Below, one piece after another: positions 9,905-15,842 of a DNA stretch of 24,000 nt. The first letter of the stretch is position 1. Each line of letters starts with the position of its first letter. Source of the DNA: Saccharothrix sp. (GTDB lineage: Bacteria; Actinomycetota; Actinomycetes; Mycobacteriales; Pseudonocardiaceae); the NCBI RefSeq assembly GCF_031180885.1, contig NZ_JAPSLK010000027.1, positions 4,089-28,088 of the forward strand, read 5' to 3'. The notes under the pieces are model-generated. The model was not told where the DNA came from, did not search any database, and saw only the letters and a program-made list of their open reading frames with translations. The position numbers were made by a program, and so were the translations under genes.

Positions 9905-10921
9905 ATGATCACCAACCCGACCCGGCAACGCGCCCTACGCGGCCACAAACCCACCAGGCCCACCCCACGCGCCGCCAACACCGTCGAACACCAGGCCGCC
10001 CTGGCCTGGCGGCTCACCCCGCGCGACAAGTGGATCGCCCGCATGCTGTGGGAACACCGCGTCCTCACCGCGCACCAGATCACCGCCCTGGCCTTCCCCA
10101 GCTTCCGATCCGGACGCCAACGGCTGCGTGAGCTGTACCTGTGGGGCGTGGTCGACCGCTTCCAGCCCTTCGTCACCGTCGGCACCGCACCCATGCACTA
10201 CGTCCTTGCGCCCGCCGGAGCCGCTGTCCTCGCCGCCGAAGACGGCCTGGACGTCAAAGAACTGGGCTACCGCCACGACCGCGCCTTCAGCATCGCCCAC
10301 AGCCTGCGCCTGGCCCACACCGTCGGCGTCAACGAATGGTTCACCGCCCTCGTCGACCGCGCCCGCCACCCCCAACCCGGCCAACACCTCGAACTCACCG
10401 CCTGGTGGTCGGAAACCCGCTGTGCCCGCCACTTCGGCGACCTCGTCAAACCCGACGCCTACGGCCGCTGGCGAACAGAAGACAACGAGATCGAATGGTT
10501 CCTCGAATACGACTTCGGCACCGAAGCCCTCCCCAAACTCGCCGGCAAACTCACCGGCTACGCCGCCCTCGCCCAAGCCACCGGCATCACCACCCCACTG
10601 CTGGTGTGGCTCCCCACCACCCGCCGCGAAGCCACCGCCCGACGACTCCTCCACACGACCTGGCGCGAACTCGACAACCCCCACCAACTCCCCGTCGCCA
10701 CCGCCGCAGCCCAACTACTCGACCCCACAACCCCACACCCCAGCCCCGCCGACAACGTCTGGCTACCCCTCGACACGCCCGGACGCCACGCACTGCACGA
10801 ACTACGCCACGTCTGGCCCCACATCCCACCCCCGACCACCACACCACTCACCCACGACACCACCCCGCCACGGCCAACCCCACCGTCCCCGATGCCGCCC
10901 ACCGCACCAGGACACGGGTGA
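9905..10921 (+). CDS. Replication-relaxation family protein (putative DNA-processing protein of the element)
   Basis: GGAGG lies ~8 nt upstream of the ATG. Sequence LTPRDKWIARMLWEHRVLTAHQITALAFPSFRSGRQRLRELYLWGVVDRF...VKPDAYGRW...EWFLEYDFGTE matches my recollection of the Replic_Relax family. Pro/Thr-rich tail. Confidence 0.75.
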   Translation: MITNPTRQRALRGHKPTRPTPRAANTVEHQAALAWRLTPRDKWIARMLWEHRVLTAHQITALAFPSFRSGRQRLRELYLWGVVDRFQPFVTVGTAPMHYVLAPAGAAVLAAEDGLDVKELGYRHDRAFSIAHSLRLAHTVGVNEWFTALVDRARHPQPGQHLELTAWWSETRCARHFGDLVKPDAYGRWRTEDNEIEWFLEYDFGTEALPKLAGKLTGYAALAQATGITTPLLVWLPTTRREATARRLLHTTWRELDNPHQLPVATAAAQLLDPTTPHPSPADNVWLPLDTPGRHALHELRHVWPHIPPPTTTPLTHDTTPPRPTPPSPMPPTAPGHG

Positions 10922-11928
10922 GCCCGGTGTTCACCAAACTCGCCATCGGCGGCACCGCAACCCTGCTGCTCATCCCCGTCGTCCTCGGCCTGGCCACCAC
11001 CGCCGTCGTCGACTCCCTCTTCCGCCGCACCCCCACCGGCACCATCGACTGCACCACCCCGATCGCCGACATCCCACCCCACTACTGCCTGCTCTACGTC
11101 ACCGCCGCCCCGCACTGCCCCGGCCTCGACTGGACCGTCCTCGCCGCCATCGGCAAGATCGAAACCGACCACGGCCGCCTCAACGCACCCGGCGTCCACG
11201 AAGGCGAAAACCACGCCGGAGCCGCCGGCCCCATGCAGTTCCTCGCCCTCACCTTCAACGCCGTCACCGCCGCCCACCAGATCCCACCCGGCGGCGCCAC
11301 CCCACCCTCCCGCTACAACCCGCACGACGCCATCCACGCCGCCGCCTTCCTCCTGTGCGACGAAGGCGTACGAGAAGGCGACCTCCACAAAGCGATCTAC
11401 GCCTACAACCACGCCGACTGGTACGTCACCAAGGTCATCGACCAAGCACACGCCTACGCCCAAGCCGCCGCAGCCCACACCGGCACCGGCGACTGCAACA
11501 ACATCCACGCCCCGAACACCATCGCCCACACCGCCATCAACTACGCCTGCGGCATGCGCGGACTCCCCTACGTCTGGGGCGGCAACGGCCCCGACGGCGG
11601 CCACACCGGCTTCGACTGCTCAGGCCTCACCAAAGCCGCCTACGCCGCCGCCGGCCTCACCCTCCCCCGCACCGCCCAAACCCAACACGACGCAGGCCCC
11701 CACGTCCCCGCCGGACAACCCCTCCTCCCCGGAGACCTCGTCTTCTACGGCACCCCAGGCAACATCCACCACGTCGGCCTCTACATCGGCAACGGCCTCA
11801 TGATCGACGCCCCCGACTTCGGCCAAGTCGTCAAAATCGAGCCCTACCGCTACGCAGGTGACGACTACGCCGGCGCCACCCGTCCGGCAGGCGCCGGTGT
11901 AGCGGCCGCGGGTTACGGCTGGACCTGA
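10918..11928 (+). CDS. Secreted/membrane-anchored bifunctional cell-wall hydrolase (lytic transglycosylase-like + NlpC/P60)
   Basis: GTG start overlaps the upstream stop (GTGA). N-terminal TM segment (LAIGGTATLLLIPVVLGLATTAVV). SLT-like region (LDWTVLAAIGKIETDHGR...GPMQF). NlpC/P60 region (YVWGGNGPDGGHTGFDCSGLTKAAY...GDLVFYG...HHVGLYIGNGLMIDAP). Confidence 0.85.
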   Translation: MSPVFTKLAIGGTATLLLIPVVLGLATTAVVDSLFRRTPTGTIDCTTPIADIPPHYCLLYVTAAPHCPGLDWTVLAAIGKIETDHGRLNAPGVHEGENHAGAAGPMQFLALTFNAVTAAHQIPPGGATPPSRYNPHDAIHAAAFLLCDEGVREGDLHKAIYAYNHADWYVTKVIDQAHAYAQAAAAHTGTGDCNNIHAPNTIAHTAINYACGMRGLPYVWGGNGPDGGHTGFDCSGLTKAAYAAAGLTLPRTAQTQHDAGPHVPAGQPLLPGDLVFYGTPGNIHHVGLYIGNGLMIDAPDFGQVVKIEPYRYAGDDYAGATRPAGAGVAAAGYGWT

Positions 11929-12108
11929 TCATTCAACGTTGTGCCACGTGGCGTTTCCATGCTTGCCTATGGTTCGGCGATCTCGACGCACCGTAGGCCG
12001 AGCAGTTCGCACAGCACGGATATCGCCCTCTCGGCCTGACCTGAGCGTCTCGAGTGCTGGATATTGAATCCCAACCTATTCGTAGCTCGTTGCGGGACGC
12101 GGTCAGCT

Positions 12109-13038
12109 TCAGCTTCCAGAACGGGGCACTCGAACGCGTCGTTTAGCAGTCGAGTAGTCACCTGCAAGTTGTCCGCAATTTAGGTTGTCATTGGCCAACG
12201 AATAGAAGTGGTAGGCATCAAAACCCATCCGTCTCGCAACACCTGCCAGGCGTTCAACTGTCGCGATATCGGGTGTGGCGAGCTTGTTGCGAACGCTAGC
12301 AGCGGTCTCGTTCATTCTCGACACTCGAACGACGCACTTGCCTGCCAGTCCTTCAAACAGCTTTAACGCCGCGACAAAGGTTTCGTCGCTGCTATTGAAG
12401 TCGCGGATCACCACATAGTTGAGCCTAAAGGTGAGATTCGTGGTCGTCAGCATAGCTGAAGCAATATCTTCAACGCGATACCCGGCAGGCTTCCCCATCC
12501 GCATAATTGAGTGAACTTTGCTGGAATTTGCATGAAGGAGGCTTACCTGAACGTACTTCAGCTCGACTTCCTCCGCCAAGGACTCCATGTGGGCAAATAG
12601 GTCCGGACGGAGACCCACGGTGGTTAGGTTGAAATAGCACTGTGGGAAGTCGATAGAGATTGCCTTCGCTGATCTTTCAACGGTCGCTCGCATCAGCGAA
12701 GCCTCACCGATGCCGGAGTATGTAAAAAGGAATCGCGAACTCCGAGGCAAGGATTGGTCCTCTGTCACGAATTTGGCGATATCATGCACCTCCGTGTGCG
12801 CCAAAGCTTCATGGGTACCGAGTTCGGTAGCCGCGCAGTGGTGGCACCCCACAGCACATCCGTAGCTCGTGGGAAGCTCTACCACATCTTTAACATAAGT
12901 GTCGTCTAGGAAGTGTCGAAAGTGCGAAGCCTCGACGATCTTGCCGCCGACGTCGACGACATACCGTGTAGCTTCTTCGCGATTCCAACCTCGTGTAGAG
13001 TAGTTCGTTGTCGCCTTCATTCTTTGCACGATCTCCAT
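12109..13038 (-). CDS. Radical-SAM enzyme, minimal RlmN/Cfr-like (no N-terminal accessory domain)
   Basis: 309 aa with CX3CX2C at C61/C65/C68 (SYGCAVGCHHCAA; nt 12835-12858). The C-terminal NCGQLAGDYSTAKRR resembles E. coli RlmN ...AACGQLAGDVIDRTKR, recalled from memory. Colinear blocks: VDVGGKIVEA~AVGDQRVET, NLTTVGL~TLSTSGV, VSLLHANS~ISLHAPN, RLNYVVIRDFNSSDE~TIEYVMLDHVNDGTE. GCGAGG lies ~8 nt before the ATG. Low-GC codon usage. Confidence 0.8.
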   Translation of the reverse strand: MEIVQRMKATTNYSTRGWNREEATRYVVDVGGKIVEASHFRHFLDDTYVKDVVELPTSYGCAVGCHHCAATELGTHEALAHTEVHDIAKFVTEDQSLPRSSRFLFTYSGIGEASLMRATVERSAKAISIDFPQCYFNLTTVGLRPDLFAHMESLAEEVELKYVQVSLLHANSSKVHSIMRMGKPAGYRVEDIASAMLTTTNLTFRLNYVVIRDFNSSDETFVAALKLFEGLAGKCVVRVSRMNETAASVRNKLATPDIATVERLAGVARRMGFDAYHFYSLANDNLNCGQLAGDYSTAKRRVRVPRSGS

Positions 13039-13052
13039 GGGGGCCTCGCTAG

Positions 13053-13823
13053 TCAGAATTGCTTGGATTTTCCTCGCAGGGACGTAATATCGGTGACAAC
13101 ACTTCGTGCAAATGGCGAGTTGTGATCGAATGAAAGATGTACGACATCCTTGCTATCTTCGACGTGAAGATATGGGGTAAAGTCCAGTCCAGCGTCTGTA
13201 ATAATCGCCATATAGTAGGGCTCGACATCCTCTGGTAGATATCGAAGATCAATCCGACTGCGGACGCGAGATGGAAGTGAATCGCGAAACGCGACTAAGG
13301 CTTGGGCTGTTCGTTTTGTTTTCGAAGCATGATCGCGGCCGCACATTTCCTGGATACGCCTCTGAGCGGTACCGTTGGGGGCTAGCAGCAGGAAGCAGAC
13401 GTCCCCTCCGTTGCGGGCAACACGTCCAATTGCAGACTTAAAAAGCGCTTGGTACTCTGGCTTTAACCAGCTTTGTAGGCTGTGTCCCATAATTATTAAC
13501 CGGCCATTGGTGCCCTGCATTAGGCGATTCCAGTAATCAGGCTTGTCGGAATACTTTCCGTCGACTCGAAGTGCGCCTGTACGTGCCCTGATGTCAGCGA
13601 GGGCTTCAAGCTCTAAAAGCCGATCAATGATCTCTCTTTGAGCGCCAAACTCGCGACTGTTCAATGCGACCCAGATTAGCGACGCCATTAAGCTTGATAT
13701 CGCGCCACTCGCCAGAAGGAACCCAAGCGATGATCGAGATGTGGCGAGTCCGTAGCCGAGGAGTATGAGGCAAGCAACAACGAATGCTACGTAGACCAGT
13801 CGTCTATTCACCCACCACCACAT
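13053..13823 (-). CDS. Membrane protein: two N-terminal TM helices + ~190-aa cytoplasmic alpha/beta domain of unknown function
   Basis: 256 aa. TM1 is LVYVAFVVACLILLGYGLA and TM2 is LGFLLASGAISSLMASLIWVAL, followed by a helical linker (REIIDRLLELEALADIRA). The soluble domain alternates hydrophobic strands (RLIIMGHSL, DVCFLLLAPN, YYMAIITDAGLDFTPYL). Ends 14 nt upstream of the radical-SAM gene, with the same low GC. Confidence 0.7.
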   Translation of the reverse strand: MWWWVNRRLVYVAFVVACLILLGYGLATSRSSLGFLLASGAISSLMASLIWVALNSREFGAQREIIDRLLELEALADIRARTGALRVDGKYSDKPDYWNRLMQGTNGRLIIMGHSLQSWLKPEYQALFKSAIGRVARNGGDVCFLLLAPNGTAQRRIQEMCGRDHASKTKRTAQALVAFRDSLPSRVRSRIDLRYLPEDVEPYYMAIITDAGLDFTPYLHVEDSKDVVHLSFDHNSPFARSVVTDITSLRGKSKQF

Positions 13824-14183
13824 TTACTGTCGCTGTGATGTTGCCCACAGGGTGAGTCTACACTATCCTGTGATCACTTTCTAGTGAAACATCGAATCAT
13901 CTGTATTTCGTTGCATGCACCCGCCACTGAAGTGCGCCAGAGATACAATTATCTGCATTGAGTTTAGCGGCATGGGTGGCACGATTGTCCCCTGCTGTTA
14001 CGTGCAAAGCTGCTGTGTCGAGTCGGTCAATATGGACACGTATGCGGCGAGTACTCAAGCATTCCTGAAAGTGCTCAAGTTCGAGTGGAAGCTACATGTA
14101 GCTGTCGCTTCCTCGCCGATGTGAGCACTTCCGTGTGGACATGAGGCATTGTTCGCGCGTCGAAGCCGTTCCGGTCCGTGCGT

Positions 14184-14935
14184 TCAGGCTGCCGGACGCT
14201 GGCTGGCGAGTATCGCAAGGCTGAGGAGCACCGTTGCGCCGATCACCGCGACCACGGCCAGCCCGGCGGTGAAGCCGTGCCCGCGCTGGACGAAGGTGCC
14301 GGTGCTGCCGAGCACCACCACGCCGAGTGCCAGCCCGAACTCCACGCTGGTCTCGGACAACGCCGATGCCGCACCGGCCCGGTCTGGTGGCGCCGCGCTG
14401 ACCACGCTGTCCATGCTCAGCGCCATCACCGGCCCCAGGCCGAGGTAGATCAGCACGAGTCCGGCGACCAGCGGCGCGACCCCTGGTCGTCCGGGGTCCG
14501 GGCCAGCACGGCGAAGCCGACTGCGGACACCGCCAGTGACCACACCAGCAGGCGGTGGACCGGGATCCGGCGGGCCAGTGCGGGTGCCGCCATTGAGGTC
14601 AGGACCATCGCCACGGCGGAAGGCGCCACCCACAACCCGGCCCTGATGGGGGACAGCCCCGCCTGCTGCTGGAGGTAGAGCGCGGCGAACAGGTAGACCC
14701 CGGCGACGCAGGCGAGCGCGGCGAGCAGGACCAGCAGCGCGTCGCGGAACGGCCGCGCGGCGAACAGTCGGAGGTCGAGCAGCGGCAGGCTCAGCCGCCG
14801 CTGCCGGCGCAGGAACACGACCCCGGCGCCGCGCTGGCGCGGATCGCGGAACATGCTGCCGATCAGCGCGAGTGTGGACGGCATGAGCGTGGTGCCGGTG
14901 ATGCCGAGCAGCCCACGGGCGCTGGCGCAGGCCGA
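14184..14935 (-). pseudogene. MFS (DHA2/EmrB-QacA-like) transporter remnant: 5'-truncated, internally deleted and frameshifted
   Basis: MFS-like peptide is split over two frames. One frame reads ...ARGLLGITGTTLMPSTLALIGSMFRDPRQRGAG | LPLLDLRLFAARPF...GLSPIRAGLWVAPSAVAMVLTSMAAPALARR...AVGFAVLARTPDDQG. The other reads VAPLVAGLVLIYLGLGPVMALSMDSVVSAAPPDRAGAASALSETSVEFGLALGVVVLGS...*. The shift maps to the CCCC run at 14480-14483. No N-terminal TM1-3 coding is present. Confidence 0.7.
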
Positions 14936-15226
14936 TGCCGCCGCGATTGACGACATCGTCCGGTTGGAAGGGCACCACACCGAGCCGTCCACGCACCGGT
15001 GTTCGCCGGGCAAGGCACGGCTGGCGGAAGAATTACCAGTCAATGGTTTGTGTCGCGTGAGCGTCCACAAGAGACGATCCGGCGATCTGTTGAGGGCCGA
15101 CTTGACTTCACACCCGCAAGGAAGCGTTCATAGTCCTGCGGGCTGATTCGACACCGGGTGCGCGCCGGGCCCGTAGCTCCGGCCGGGGCATGACCATTCG
15201 CGGTATCACGACGAAGCGAGGCAGTC

Positions 15227-15823
15227 ATGTCCACCTACAGCAACACCGATGGTGCGAAGCCGTCGGCCACCGAGAAGGCACACGGGCGAACCGAAGCGGA
15301 GGACAAGCTGTGGCAGGCGATGCTGGACAAGCCGGGCAGCACCGCCGCCGAACTGTCGGCCGCCGCCGGTATCGGCAAGTCCACGGCACCGAAGATCCTC
15401 ATGCGCTGGCTCGAAGCGGGACTCGTCACGCGCATGTCCGGTATCGCCGACGGAGGACGCCGGGCAGCCGACCGCTGGTCCATCCAGCCGGGCGAGGAGG
15501 GGCAACCGGCCGACGAATCGCCCGCTGAGGTGCAAGATAGCGACGCTGCCGTGGAAAGCATCTCTTCAGATGACACGGAGGCGTCGAAGCGATTGGCACC
15601 CGGAGCGCTGCGAGGGATGGTCGAGGACTACTTGCGCGAACACGCCGGGGAGGCGATCAGCCCCAACGGGATCGGCAAGGCGTTGCGGCGTTCCCCGGGC
15701 GCGGTGGCGAACGCCTTGGAGAAGTTGGTCGCGGCTGGCTACGCCGTGCGCGTGAGCGACAAGCCCAAAACCTACGCGATCACTCGCGCCGACGGCGACG
15801 CCGTCGAGACGTCGAGGCAGTAG
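15227..15823 (+). CDS. DNA-binding protein with two winged-helix (MarR-like) modules
   Basis: GCGAGG lies ~7 nt before the ATG. Module 1: LWQAMLDKPGSTAAELSAAAGIGKSTAPKILMRWLEAGLVTR. An acidic linker follows. Module 2: LRGMVEDYLREHAGEAISPNGIGKALRRSPGAVANALEKLVAAGYAVRV. I recognise this architecture as common on actinomycete plasmids/ICEs. Confidence 0.7.
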   Translation: MSTYSNTDGAKPSATEKAHGRTEAEDKLWQAMLDKPGSTAAELSAAAGIGKSTAPKILMRWLEAGLVTRMSGIADGGRRAADRWSIQPGEEGQPADESPAEVQDSDAAVESISSDDTEASKRLAPGALRGMVEDYLREHAGEAISPNGIGKALRRSPGAVANALEKLVAAGYAVRVSDKPKTYAITRADGDAVETSRQ

Positions 15824-15842
15824 CGGACGTTCACGGCGACAC

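Noticed and set aside
256-11861. Many very long ORFs antisense or out of frame to the transfer genes (e.g. 256-1866 -, 1419-2864 -, 2972-4771 -, 5019-6950 +, 9935-10714 -, 10128-11861 +, 10558-11604 -).
   Set aside because: Their translations are Arg/Pro/Gly/His-rich low-complexity strings with no motifs. They fully overlap genes with clear family motifs and operon logic. Stop-codon-poor high-GC DNA routinely produces such shadow ORFs.
11967-12167. A 66-aa TTG-initiated ORF overlapping the 3' end of the radical-SAM gene.
   Set aside because: It starts at a weak TTG inside the better-supported gene and has no RBS and no recognisable motif. Its tail (ISVLCELLGLR) could at most be a relic of an HTH gene.
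12109-13038. The radical-SAM gene as a prokaryotic viperin or a SPASM/RiPP maturase.
   Set aside because: The colinear similarity I can see is to RlmN/Cfr, especially the C-terminal CGQLAGD...KR. There is no C-terminal Cys-rich SPASM region, and I see no viperin-like C-terminal pattern.
13915-14124. A 69-aa Cys-rich ORF (…CIEFSGMGGTIVPCCYVQSCCVESV…) upstream of the cassette, as a possible radical-SAM-modified peptide precursor.
   Set aside because: It has no RBS and is divergent from the cassette. The enzyme is not of a peptide-modifying class. The ORF may be chance in AT-richer DNA. Worth a tblastn check only.
15102-15135. TTGACT (15102-15107) with a downstream CATAGT as the promoter of the wHTH gene.
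   Set aside because: The spacer is about 19-21 nt depending on the -10 chosen, which is too long for confidence. Not reported as a feature.
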